Assembly (NCBI GenBank): GCA_043228905.1
Contig: JBHGNT010000012.1
Coordinates: 2,666,001 to 2,730,000 of the forward strand
Direction of reading: 5' to 3'
DNA from: Azolla caroliniana
Lineage: Eukaryota; Plantae; Polypodiophyta
Length of the DNA stretch: 64,000 bases
The translations under genes were made by a program, and so were the position numbers. The notes beneath the pieces were generated by a model. That model had not been told where the DNA came from. It did not search any database and worked only from the letters and a program-made list of their open reading frames with translations. Below, piece by piece: positions 48,901-61,308 of the stretch; positions within the stretch are counted from its first letter, which is position 1, and each line of letters starts with the position of its first letter.

Positions 48901-50037
48901 TTATCATCATGATCAAGATCAGGATCATGATCGTGATCTTGATGATCATGGCGACGATGAGATCGATTATACTCTTCTCTGATCTCATCCAGCCTCGATA
49001 TCACCTCCGGAGGAGCTCCGATCTGTATCAGAAAACGCATGGACAAACGTATAAATTATTATATTAGCACAAAATTATGGCAGCGAACGAACGATTTGCA
49101 GCATTCGCGCAGGAACAAATTATACGACAATAATCTAATGGAAGAAGAACTGAACATATCTATTTCTACAGAGACGTTTAAAATTTATCTACAGCTTTTT
49201 TTTTTTGAGTGCTTATCGTCATGAAACCTTGTAGTAACTGGTGTAGGCGTGAAGAAGGCGAGGGAAGTAAGGATGAGCAACAATCTTAGCCCTCTGCGAA
49301 CTCATGTCATCCTCCTCTGCAGAAACTGCAGAAGCATTACTACTCTTATTATGATTGTTATTATTATTATTATTATCATCATTATCATTAGTAGTAGTAG
49401 TAGCAGTAGTAGTATCATCATCATTATGACTATTATGATTACACTTATAGTTATGATTATGATTATGGTTATGATTGTGATTGTGATTATGATTATGATT
49501 ATGATCCTCCATCATGTTGTTGATTAGGTGCGAATTATCACCGTTATATCGATTTGGATTTATATTATTATCTGCAGCGCTAGAATTACTGCTGAAGAGA
49601 TGATTAACAGCCATGGTTGGTGACGGATCAAGCTGATTACTTATCATTTTAATGTTAGGATTGTTACGCGTGATGGTATTAGCATCATCCTCACATGAAT
49701 TAACGGTGTGATTGTTATTATTGGGATCATTAGTAGCAGTAGGATGGGTTCTTAATGCAGGCGAATCCATGACGCCGGGAGCTGCTGACTGGTTCATGTA
49801 CAGGTACGTGTTGATGTGATCGTTACCGAAATTAGCGAGTATAGCATTATTATGATGATAATGGTGATGATTCGCCCCTTCGTCTGCAGGATTAGTGCTC
49901 GGATTAGCAGCATGATTAGCGCTGGAATTGTGATTAGTATGAGGATTGTTGATGTAACAACTGCCGTCTTTGCATAGACTGCTATTTGTGGGGGAAGAGG
50001 TGATTCCACTAAACCTTAATAAAGCGTTCTGATCCAT
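42590..50037 (-). CDS. KNOX1: Class I KNOTTED1-like homeobox (TALE) transcription factor, 5 exons, ~686 aa
   Basis: Exons 50037-49228, 49022-48798, 48272-48128, 45117-44561 and 42913-42590 all have GT-AG introns and join in frame (2061 nt). KNOX1 ([24 protein letters not shown]), KNOX2 (DPELDEFM), ELK, homeodomain WPYPS|E and [16 protein letters not shown]. Confidence 0.95.
42955..43290. repeat. Minisatellite, ~65-70 bp x5, beside the acceptor of KNOX intron 4
   Basis: Repeated GATACAAGTGAAAAAAACCACTTGATCTCTATCTATCACCAGAA.ATGCAATGCATTAAGATATG. Confidence 0.9.
44085..44545. repeat. Local duplication with ~50-bp subunits beside the donor of KNOX intron 4
   Basis: Repeated ATGTATAATGCATATGCACAAATC...ACTGACATAA blocks. 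Confidence 0.85.
44561..45117 (-). CDS. KNOX1: KNOX exon 4 (acidic linker, ELK, homeodomain helix 1)
   Basis: TGCAG|GG acceptor; TCA|GTAAGT donor; [11 protein letters not shown]...[26 protein letters not shown]. Confidence 0.93.
47178..48101. repeat. Telobox-rich minisatellite, ~70-76 bp x~13, at the 5' end of KNOX intron 3
   Basis: Unit TAGATATAGAAACCCTAATT.ATGGGAACAC...ACCCTAATTTGTATG.ACTATAATTTG, with two CCCTAA motifs in most units. Confidence 0.92.
48128..48272 (-). CDS. KNOX1: KNOX exon 3 (KNOX2 helix)
   Basis: TAG|CACGTG acceptor; CAG|GTACCT donor (phase 1); [13 protein letters not shown]. Confidence 0.85.
48425..48726. repeat. Minisatellite, ~53 bp x5-6, in KNOX intron 2
   Basis: Repeated CATTCTGAGTAATTTTA.ATCAAT..TAAGAGAAAATT...ATTTATATCG. 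Confidence 0.9.
48798..49022 (-). CDS. KNOX1: KNOX exon 2
   Basis: CAG|ATCGGA acceptor; ATG|GTAATT donor; IGAPPEV...DPELDEFM. Confidence 0.93.
49228..50037 (-). CDS. KNOX1: KNOX exon 1 (Asn/His-rich N-terminus and start of KNOX1 domain)
   Basis: ATG at 50037; donor AAG|GTTTCA. The start codon choice is less certain than the splice sites. Confidence 0.88.
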
Positions 50038-50529
50038 GTAATTTGTAAAGATCCTAATTCTTCATATTCGATTCGGCGTTATATAATCCAGGCTTCCTGA
50101 AGAAAGATTCGCATATATATTCATCGAACGGTTTGGATCAGTTTTACTGTAATTCTGTATTTCTTGATGTCTGCTAATTAGGGTTCCAATCTCCCTCCTG
50201 GAAGACCAAAAATGGTTTTTTAAGGCTCGAGATTTCTTGCAGATTAGATTGCGCGCGATTTGCTTGAGCAAAAGAACTGGAAATCCTTACTGATTTGATT
50301 TTAATTCAGTCGAATGGGGAAGGCTGCTTCTTGGAATTGATCCAAACTTTAGCAAGTTACATAAAATTAGGGTTTGGGACATGTAAAAGTGATCACGGAT
50401 GGAAAACATGGTAAAATTAATCAGAAGCTCCAGAAGAATGGTGTTTGGGTTTTTTCAAAAAGGGCAGGAAGGGTGAGGATCGAAGGAGGAAAGAAATGGC
50501 GGGATTAGGGTAAAAGAATGGAAGGACGA

Positions 50530-50790
50530 GGAGAGGGGAGAAGGATTAATGGAAGGGATTGGAGCTTATAATCAATTAATTACCTCTTGGTTAATCAGAG
50601 ACTGGATTTAGCAGAGAAATTAATGGAGAGGGGAGAAGGATTAATGGAAGGGACTGGAGCTTATAATCAATTAATTACCTCTTAGTTAATCAGAGACTGG
50701 ATTTAGCAGAGAAATTAATGGAAGGGATTGGAGCTTATAATCAATTAATCACCTCTTGGTTAATCAGAGACAGGATTTAGCAGAAAGATA
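50530..50790. repeat. Tandem triplication in the KNOX 5' leader/proximal promoter
   Basis: Three copies of TTAATGGAAGGGA.TGGAGCTTATAATCAATTAAT.ACCTCTT.GTTAATCAGAGAC.GGATTTAGCAGA. Confidence 0.88.
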
Positions 50791-51148
50791 AATACAGAAG
50801 GGAGAGGAAGGTACAATGCATATGCATACATATACCTAACCGAGTGAGAGAGCAGAGAATTGAAAAGCAGAAACAGACACAGAGAGATCAGAGACAGAGA
50901 TGGAGATGGAGCAGAGGATTGAAAAGCAGAAACAGACACAGACAAATCAGAGACAGCGATGGAGATGGAGATGGAAATGGAGCAAAGGATTGAAAAGCAG
51001 AAGCAGACAGAGACAGAGAAAGAGAAATGGAAAGAAACAGGAAGCTAGCTAGCTAGTTAGGGTTTTAGGGGTGAGGGAATTAGACAGAGAAGACCGGAGG
51101 GATTTGAAAAAAAAGGAGCAGAAAATGGGAAGACAAATTAAAGAGATG

Positions 51149-51152
<4 letters not shown>

Positions 51153-51196
<44 letters not shown>
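51153..51196. promoter_or_regulatory. (GA)n tract upstream of KNOX, candidate BBR/BPC binding site
   Basis: About 21 GA units ~1.1 kb upstream of the ATG. BBR/BPC binding of GA repeats is established at angiosperm class I KNOX loci; function here is inferred. Confidence 0.45.
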
Positions 51197-51198
<2 letters not shown>

Positions 51199-54100
51199 CA
51201 GGAAACTTAGATATGGCGATGGCGATGGAGACAGCGACTGAGAGACATATATGGATATGGATGGATAGATCGATCTGCAGAGATTTAGGTTTGACAAAAA
51301 AAAAAAAGAAAAAAAAAAAAGCAAACGAGGAATGAAGAGGCAGACAGAAAATCAGAGAGACAGACAGACAGACAGAGAAGAGACTGCAGAATAATTATGG
51401 AGGAACTGAAGTAATTACAGGACAGGTTTTAAAGAGGGAAAGAGAAGAAGAAGAAGAAGAAGACATGGATGGGATTAAGAAAGAGCAAAAAAAAAATCTG
51501 GTAATTGAAATTAATTAAACAGAGACCCCACTGTAATGTAATGTAATGTATGTATGTATCCTTTTCAATCCCAATTCCAAATTCCCCTCTGCAATGCGAA
51601 GAGATTAAGAATATGATGATTAAATGATTAATGATTACTGATTAATGATTAATGATTAATGGAATGGAATTGGATGTGTGTATATTTTTATTTTTTACCT
51701 TTTTTTATGCTTTGCTTTTGTTTTGTTATGTTTGACCCAAAAATTGCAGTGAAAACGAGGAGGCCCTATCACGAAAACCTAGTCTTAGGTTAATTAATTC
51801 CTAATCTAGTCTTTAGGTTAATTAACTCCTAATCTAGTCTTAGGTTAATTAATTAATTCCTATTCCAGTCTTAGGTTAATTAGCTCCCCCCCCCCTTAGT
51901 CTAGTGTTAGACTAATTAGCTCCTACCCCCCTAATGTCTACTCCAAGATTAATTAACTCTTTACCCCCTACTCTCTAATCCGAGATCAATTAATTAACTC
52001 TTACCCCCTCAAAACATATTAAACTCAGTCCTTAAGATTATTAATTAACCCCGCTCCCAAAAAAACAAACAAAAAACAAATATTATTATTGTGATTCTTA
52101 TTTGTTATTATATTATATGCTACTTCAAATCGGACAGCACTTTTATTCAATTATTTATTGGAACACAAAGGTCTAAGATTATTATTAGTATTATATGGTA
52201 AAGTAAATTATATGTATGTATAGAAAAAGAGCGAAGCAAAATAGATGAAGATATTTATTAGGTGAGGAAGATCAAGGGGCGCTTGGCTCAATAGATATTA
52301 GATATACATATATTATATATGTAATTTTTAGACAATTTTAATACAACAATCATCAATCCACCTGCTCCTCTTCCATATCCATAGGAATCATCATAAATAA
52401 TGAATGAATGCCATATCTATAATCTATATAATCTATATAATCTATAATCTATATCTATGTCTATACATAGCTATATCTATGTATGTATAATTTTTTAAGG
52501 ATTTATAAATAAATAAAACTAACCAAAGCACGTTCTGGTAATAGTATCGACTATGTATCAATCAATAGACAGCAGCAGAACAAAAAAAAGAAGAAAAACA
52601 AAAAAAGCAATGTAAATGTATACTACTAATAACTATCCTATTTCATTTACTTTACTCTATCTCTCATTTTCTGTATCATTCCCTGCCTCTCTTTTTTTTC
52701 CTTGTTCCTTTTTTTTTGTCTGTTTTTTTGGCTTGTGATCATAATTAATTAATTAATTAACTAATTGTTTTTTTTATTTTAAAAAAAACAGGGCATAAGT
52801 TTGCAAGCTAAAATAATGGAACAAAGTTTCACTACATAAATAGTTACAACTTACACCTATCTATGAATTTACTTGGGTGATCTTACTAGCCTTCTACTAT
52901 TACTACTACTATTACTATTATTAACTGCTACAATCTGTTCTACATATGTATATAATAAGATTACTGACTAGATGAGATCTCTGATTACTTACTTGCTGCC
53001 ACTAGTACTAAGTTACTAACATTTGTGTTGTGGGTCAATGCTCCACACGTGTCTCCTCCTTGGACTTAGGGCTTCTCTGATCTGACATCAGACACACACC
53101 ACCATCCTCTTTATTTATAAGCAATGCCCATGAATGACTGAATTTGTATGTGTGTGTGTGTTTGTTCTACACATGGTGGCTTATATTTAGGGTTTTGGAT
53201 CTTCTTCTTCTTCTTCTTTATGACAAATATGGATGAAATTGTGTGTGTTTTTTACATACATATGGTGACTGTATTTAGGGCTAGAGCTTCTTGTTTATGA
53301 CAAAATGGTGGAATTTTTGCTTTGTATTGTATTGTATGTAGTTCATAACCTTGCCTCTTTGATTGTGTGTGATGTGATGGATCCTCTCCCCCTAACCATA
53401 TGTAGACCATATGTTCTTCAAACACACTTACATACACAACACATACATGTGTGTTTGTGTGTGTGTGTGTTTTGTGCCATGACCCTTCATGACTTCTTTT
53501 TTATCACTTAGACATATACAATGTTTGTGTCCTGATCTCCATGCTTTTTTTTTAAAATACATGTTACTATTCTGTTTTGTTATAAATGCGCTTTAAATTC
53601 CCTGCAACATTATGTTTCATTCGCTCGCTCGCTCGCTCCTTTTGGCTATGTAATTGGGTGGGGTGTAACCGAACATTTGCTTTCGAAAGTTAAAACATAC
53701 ACATCCTTCCAAAACCAAAGATGTTCAAAATCTTCTTCTTTGTCGTCGTCATTGTCTTACATGTTAACCCAAAGTTACAAACCTTTCATGATGGCTATAA
53801 CATAATCATGTACGCCTATTGGAATTTCGTACACCCCCACCTCCCATATAACTTAGAATTAAACCAATACCTACACTAAGCAAGTTAATTTTATTTTTTC
53901 CAATTTTCAATCAACCTTTTGATGTATGCATGACCTTCTCGATCCATCAAGGTACATATTCAACATGCCATGTCAATGTGCAAGCACACATCTACCTTTG
54001 CAATTGAATTCAGGTTTCACGTTATTGTATTGCGATGTTCCAACCTTACTCGAATATATCGACCAATGTATTGGTGTTAGGACACACATTAACAAGATGT

Positions 54101-56627
54101 GCACCTAGCTCCACATCAACCAAGCATCATAATGTTAGGTTTTCAAGATGCTACCTCATTGTACATTAACCCCAAGATCTAATAAGTACACATGGAGAAT
54201 GTGACAATAAATGATAGTGTTAAAATCGACCTTTGGATGTTATTCACTATAGAGCTTATTTGATATAGTGGCATCAACAACCAACCACGTGTGTAAATAC
54301 CTCTTTGATTGGGCTATGAAATGGACTTTTTATACATGATGTTGAGCCTTTGAAAAATGACATTGCTTTAATGCTCATCCATGATGTTGGGTAATGCTCA
54401 TCCATGACTCATGGGCAACCCTTCGACTGATGTAGATATATTATTTGAAGTTTCAACCATGTCCAGCTTTTGATACACAATATTGACCTTTTGAAAACAT
54501 GTGCTTTTCTAGAGCTATCCATCCACGACTCATGCATGAACCACATGATGGCCCATGCATGGCCTTCCATCACACACATATGTATACAATATCATATTTT
54601 CATTTTGTTATAAGTAAGTCATAAGTTATGGTAGTAAGTCCAATGCCACATGCATTATTTCATACAAATTATACGTCAATACATTCATGATGAAATCCTT
54701 GATCGATAGATATTGTACATATATGTATTGTGTGATTTCAATCTTCATAAAATCAAGTACATCCAAGATGTGAGTTTATTGTCCTTAAAGTTCTACCAAT
54801 ACATTAGCATGTGCAAATTTCTTGTAAGTGCTAATGATTGGATGAAATTGAGGATGGCAAAGATGACAAGGTGATGTGAAGTTGGATGAGAGCATTCAAG
54901 AATGAGCATTGGATCGAATGGCGAGAATCGAAGTGCATAAAAAAGTTAATCATCATCCATTATATATTTGTTTCCATTTATAGATGTAACAATTAAGACC
55001 CAACTACATCATAAGATATTATAGAGCCAAGTCTCTTGCCAAATGTGTTAAGAGGAAACATGAATTCAGTGGTGTGGGATTTCAAATGTTGAACAACTTA
55101 CCCGACATGTTATTAGTTAGTTAATGGCCCTTTTCTTTCCATGTAGGTGTTGACACATATATAATGAGACCCTTGTATGTATATGTTCCACAACAGTCTT
55201 CTATGTGATGTACAACTTTTTGTTGTCTTTAATTTCCACGACTCAGCCAATTGGCATTAATGTTAAACGAAGCTTAATATAAATATTTCAAGTTTACGCG
55301 GAATCTAAGAAACATCATTTAATGGATTATATTACATTTGTGCTTGTTTCATGAGCTTGTGAGAAGACTAATTTGTCCTATATGTAGTTTGTTGAAATGG
55401 AGCAAATGTAGGTAAGTTAGACTCTAGTGCATTGGGTTCAAAATAGGTTGTTTTTGTGTCAAAATTGTGGAATATGGGTCTTGAATTTGTTATGAATATT
55501 GATGGAACTTTGGATTTGGGAAAAGAGAACAACAATAACATTTGTTTACAAGGAAACAAAAGAAATTAGTTTAAGCCCAAATAAAAATTGAGATGGCTTT
55601 ATGAAGCTCATAGAGTCATATATATATATATATATATATAATGGAGTTACAAAGTGCTCGTACAGTAGAAGATATTTGTTGACCTGATGATCACAAGTTT
55701 CGACAATCAAGCTCAACAACATCAATATTGTAAATCTAGTTCTATGCCACGAAAGATAACATTTTTATGTACTCCACGGGATTGGGGGAACAATCTGAAG
55801 ATCTACCATCTCCAAGTTCTTTCTTCTATAAGAAGTCCACTCATGAGCAAAGATAGTGGAAAATGCGGACCTCCCAAGGTTATGGGCTGTGGAAAATGAT
55901 TGGTTGTGTACTCTAGTTACATTGTCATGAATATATAGCTTCATTGATTTCTTAAAGGGGGAGATGACTTTCTTCTCTCGACTAGGCACATCACAAGTTA
56001 ATATTTGTGTCTTCGCATTGAAGTGTTCTCGAACAACGAATATACGGCTCACTGAAGAGTCATTGTGCTACATCCTAGTAGCTAGCATATACATTCACGA
56101 TCATAATATCCAACCTAGAGCGAAAAGCTCATGATAATTAGATGTTTGACCTCTAAAGTATAAATGCATCCTTAGTTGACTTATGAAACTCCCAAAATAA
56201 ATGTAAATGATCACCACTCTTCGGTTTTGGTTCTAAGACTCTAAGCAACCTTGCACATAGACTATAGTGGCGACACTAATATGAGTGCACTCAACTACCC
56301 TTGCAACAAGTACTAGCATGGTTGTTTGTTTATGGATGATCCCATATTGCTATATGATTGGGAGGTGGTTTTGTTTTCTCAATAATGCAAGTAGACTTTC
56401 ATACTATACCTTGTGGTTGGGTTGTGGTTCGTGGATATTGGCTAATTTATTACACACTTTGATGCCTCCCTTATATAATAAGTCTACACTCTTTAGAACT
56501 ATAAATTTCATCACGGTGGGCGACCGCATATTATGGAAGTGAGGTTCAACTATATATTGTGGAAGTCTTATGGATATTGGTAGAACCTTGCTTTATCTAA
56601 GCTTACCTTCTTGAGGGTGCAACTTAA

Positions 56628-57063
56628 CAATCGGCAATAGTTCGGTTCGGTTTGAGGGTGTGAAAACTGAACCGTTAAAAAAATTTGAACCTTGAATCGA
56701 ACTTAACCGAACCATGAAACCATTAAAACCGAACTATTTGAAAAAGTCCAAACCATTAAACCGTTAAATCCGCGATTTCGTGGTTCGGTTTCGGTTTTCA
56801 ACTTAGGTCAAATTTTAAAATTTCAAGATTTTTAAGATTTTCCTAAAATTTGAGAATTAGGCTTAAAAGTGAAAAGATTGTTTGAACAATATTTAAAAAT
56901 AAAATAAAAACATTAAACCGTTTAAACCCGAGTTTCTAACCGTTGAAACGGAACCGTTCACCCCCAAACAGAAATGTTAAAAAAAATTGAACTTGAACCA
57001 AACCAAGCCATTAAGTTGTGGTTTGGTGGTTCCGTTTGGTTCAAACCGAACTATTGCGGACTG
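56628..57063. mobile_element. MITE / non-autonomous TIR element
   Basis: Ends CAATCGGCAATAGTTCGGTT / AACCGAACTATTGCGGACTG (2 mismatches); many AACCG subterminal motifs; flanks TTAA/TTAG, TSD uncertain. Confidence 0.78.
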
Positions 57064-59702
57064 TTAGCACTACTTTTAATTATGATTTTTAAATTAACTA
57101 CAATCATGATAATAGACATTACAATTCAGTTTTGTTCAATGGAGTATGCAATTGCTCGTGTGTTTGTGAACTCCACGTTGCATGCAAATGTAAGGAGGAC
57201 GAAAAAACCTACTTGGATTTTCACCACATCTTTAAACTAAATGTTGTATCGTTGAACCCAACATAAAACTCCCAAAAATGCTTGAAATTAGGTGGTACAA
57301 ACTCCCAACATTTTGATTGCACATATGTTTACAAAAGCTGAAATTTCGACACAAGTAAATGTCAGAACGTTTCGGATACGCCAAAAATATGACCAATAAT
57401 ATTCTCCATATCGCACAAGAATAATCTCAACTTGTAGGTTCTCTACGGTAAACAACAACCTTTCAAGTAACTACAAGAGTTCTTATCATAACTTATATTC
57501 ATCATACAAAATTATTTCAAGTTTAAGCATGCGTATAGTCTTGAAATTGTACTCGTTTCTCATTAAACATTTGTAGTTGTCAAATCATGTCCTTCATTCT
57601 TAAGTTACATAGTGTAATTAAGGAAAATTGATAATTCCATATCGACATAATCTATTTCCCCAAAATAATATCCTCAACATTTGCCTCTTGATATTTTTAC
57701 TTCTTATCACATACGCAATGGACGTACACACCTTCTCGTTAAAAGTCTTACAACTCCAGACTTATGTATGCCATTCTTCATAGCTTAGACATTGCTTTTG
57801 TGTTCCATGCTCAATAGGGCCACATCTTGAGACTAGCAGGAAAATATTGCAATGCATTATGGCTCCAAGCAACACTTGGTAAGCATTGTTTACATTATCG
57901 TGATGTGGGAAATGCATAGGAGGAAACAAAATAAAGTGTATTGGTGCTCAAATGTTATGATTTTCTTGGTGGCCATAATATAATCCAATCAAAATATTGG
58001 AGTAATGTAGAGTTAATAACATCAAAGGTGTGAATGACCAAGAGTCTACTTTTTCTTACAATTAGTCATGACTGCAAAATAGTGATCCATCTTGATGAGG
58101 GAAATGATTTTGAGAACTAAGCTTGTTTGAGATACTCGTAATGGTTCCATTAATCAATTTAAGTTTGATAACATTTTGCTCCATCTAAAACACATTTCAA
58201 GAATGTGACAACTTTTCTAGCAGAAGCATTTATCACCTACTTTGACATGTCAAAAATACATTAGATGGTCTTGATAGTCTTTAAAAAGCCATGTTTATTG
58301 GTAGTTGGAAGTAATCAGTCCTCTCTACGAATAGTGAATAGTTTGATCAAATAAATTAGGATATGTACATTAGGACATGGATTAAAAAACAACGAGAGCA
58401 AGGATATGTTGCCAATAAGTGAAATACCTCGTATGGTAGAAAGTTTAAACTTAATGATATATGTACACAACGCAACAACATATACTCTATAATGAATGGT
58501 GATTGCTTGAAAAACAAACCACATATTGATGTTCACAATTACTTTCAGTTGATGCTTCACCACGTTAAAAAACCTACCATCAATGAATGAGCTTAATAGC
58601 GTGTAAATACAAAACTGTGCATAGAATTTATTTTACATTTTTTAGCATTATGATTCAGTGTTCGGCTAATTTTAAGTGCATGGAAGTTGGTTGTTTCAAT
58701 CTCAAACTTATTTATTGCCTACCTTTTGATGAGACAATTATGACGAGTTACAACTTACGAATTTATTAATTATCATAACATTGAATCATTTAGACAATGA
58801 TATTCAACTACTTTAAATTCTAGTAGCGTTGTACAAAGAGTTCATGAAGTACTTAACTCCTTTATTTGTTAAAGTTTCAAGCATCCATAGTTTGTTAGAA
58901 AGCAACTTTATAGTACACAAATGTGATGAGCACACCTTCATATTTCTTTGACAGTTTATTTGGTTATCTCTTAAGAACTTGCCAAGTAGAGTATGGCCTC
59001 AACATTCAACATGGCTTCATATCTCTTTGTGATGATTTCTTGGAACATGGGATTCCCATCAAAGAATAAATTGTCGATGACCCAGGATGAGAATTGATCA
59101 ATCTATGGATGTAAGAACATTCAATTTGTAAACAATCTCAAACAATCTGTAAACTAGGATAACATACTTGACACCGAATCTCTCTAGTGCATAATTTGTG
59201 ACATATGTGAGTCCAACAATATATTTAGCAGACGTATGGGTTAGTAGAAATATCAATATATAGTGACGGAAGCTAGCAATGATACATATGGCTAGCAATG
59301 ATACATATGACTGGTAAGTCCTTAGGGAGGAGCTCCATTATTCTTAGAAGCCTAGTTAGTTAGAAGTAAAAAGCTATATTTCACTATGAAAACATGCTTG
59401 TAATGTCTTTTTAGTGTTTAAATGCATGTGACTATAAAAACAGTAGATCATTCAACATCCCCTCTCATAATTTCAATCTCCATGCCATCTATGATTGTGC
59501 TAATTTGCAGCCATTACAATTTACCAACTGGGATCGACAAATTAATATGGCATACAAAACAATTACTGACTAGTAGGTACACGTGTTGAACATTTTACCC
59601 TCATAGCGGAGTGACAACATAATGATTGTGGGTGGGGAGTAAGATATCCCGATGAATGGGAAAGGCGATCATATATATTACATGAAAAGGGAGTGAGCAA
59701 GT

Positions 59703-60480
59703 TAAAGCTTGTCGTGTGTTAGTAAACTCCAACTAGACACAACCTTCCCCTCCCTCCCCCCTTCTTCTCTCTTAAACGAGAAGTTGAATGAGAACACGAA
59801 CAATGCATGTTAAAACTTGTCGTGTGTTTGTAAAACCCCACCTAGACACCACTTCTCTCCCTCCTCCCCCTTCTTCTCTCTTGAACGAGAAGTTGAATGA
59901 GAACACGAACAAATGCACGTAAAAGCTTGTCGTGTATTTGCAAAACCCCACCTCCCCCCCTTCCCCCTCTTCTTCACTCCTGAATGAAAAGTTGAATGAG
60001 AACCCGAACAATGCATGTTAAAACACGTAGTGTATCCATAAAACCCCACCTAGACACAAACACACCTCTCTCCCCCCCATGCGTCTCCCTTGAACGATAA
60101 GTTGAAGGAGAACACGAACAATGCGCATTAAAACTTGTCATGTGTCTATAAAACCCACACCTCTCTCTCCCCCCCATGCGTCTCCCTTGAACGAGAAGTT
60201 GAAGGAGAACACGAACAATGCACATTAAAACTTGTCATGTGTCTATAAAACCCCACCTAGACACAAAACCTCTGCCTCTGCCTCTGCATCTCCTAAGAAA
60301 AAACACATTCCCTTCTCCTTTCGACAAGGAAAGATGCCGAAGCCGAAGCCGAAGCCGAAGCCGAAGAAACACATTCCCTTCTCCTTTCGACAAGACAAGA
60401 TGTCGAAGCCGAAGCCGAAGCCGAAGAAACACATTCCCGTCTCCTTTCGACAAGACTAAGATGCCGAAGCCGGAGAAGCC
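59703..60480. repeat. Tandem array of ~100-110 bp x5-6, then three ~60-bp units containing (GCCGAA)n
   Basis: Repeated AAACTTGTC.TGTG...AAACCCCACCTAGACAC...TTGAACGAGAAGTTGAA.GAGAACACGAACAATGC; then AAACACATTCCC.TCTCCTTTCGACAAG x3. Confidence 0.88.
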
Positions 60481-60663
60481 AATATAGGGGGGGCTTGTCG
60501 GTGTGAAATGGGCGATGATAGATTAGATAGATAGATAGATAGATAGGTGTGAGAGCAAGGTGAGAGAGAGAGAGCATCCATTTTTTATTTTTTACTTGGG
60601 ATTGGAGAACAAAAAGAGAGAGGAGAAAAAGCAAATTGGAGATGATTTTACTACATATATATG

Positions 60664-60713
<50 letters not shown>

Positions 60714-61212
60714 CAGACAAATAAAAGAAGAAGAAGAAGAAGAGACAAAGACATGACAGGCAACTGTAGCAGAAGGTAGGATTGAACAGTAAAGTTCAGT
60801 GACTGATCCATTCATTTCACTTCACCGAGGAGCAATCTTCTTTTTTTGTATGTATATACATACATATAGTAATATTCTCTTTCTCACTATTTCTTGAATA
60901 GAAGACCTAATAGATTCATGGTACAATCAGAGTGACTTTCTTCTTTTTGTTTTAATTTAGAAAAAAAAGCAACAAAAAGAAGATGAATAAGAGAGCAGAG
61001 AACAGAATATATGTGTATATGTATGTATGTGTGTATCACATGGCAGTTCAGAAATCCATCCAATAAAAATTTAATCAGTCAAATATGGCAATTGTTTTTT
61101 TTTTTAATGATGATTGTCTTCTTTTTCCATTAGGTAGAGGATCGATCATTCACTGCAAATATGAAAATAAAATAAAATAGTGGTCTTAGCATCCTCATTA
61201 TTAGTTTTGCAG

Positions 61213-61308
61213 GATTATTTAGGGTTAGGATGATTATTTAGGGTTAGGATGATTATTTAGGGTTAGGATGATTATTTAGGGTTATGATGATTATTTAGGG
61301 TTATGATT
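61213..61308. repeat. 19-bp x5 repeat containing TTTAGGGTT
   Basis: GATTATTTAGGGTTA(G/T)GAT units. Confidence 0.9.

Noticed and set aside
49249-49527. Ile/Met-rich plus-strand ORF as a membrane protein
   Set aside because: Antisense shadow of the Asn/His repeats in KNOX exon 1.
53880-54570. Possible decayed MULE/SWIM-type transposase fragment on the minus strand
   Set aside because: Only vague motif resemblance across many stops; needs a translated HMM search.
57400-59300. Possible decayed coding sequence of a DNA transposon
   Set aside because: No recognisable motif, long ORF or termini by eye.
60218-60811. ORFs with KPKPKP, RSRSRS or SASASA repeats
   Set aside because: These are translations of the (GCCGAA)n microsatellite in several frames, with no evidence of a gene.
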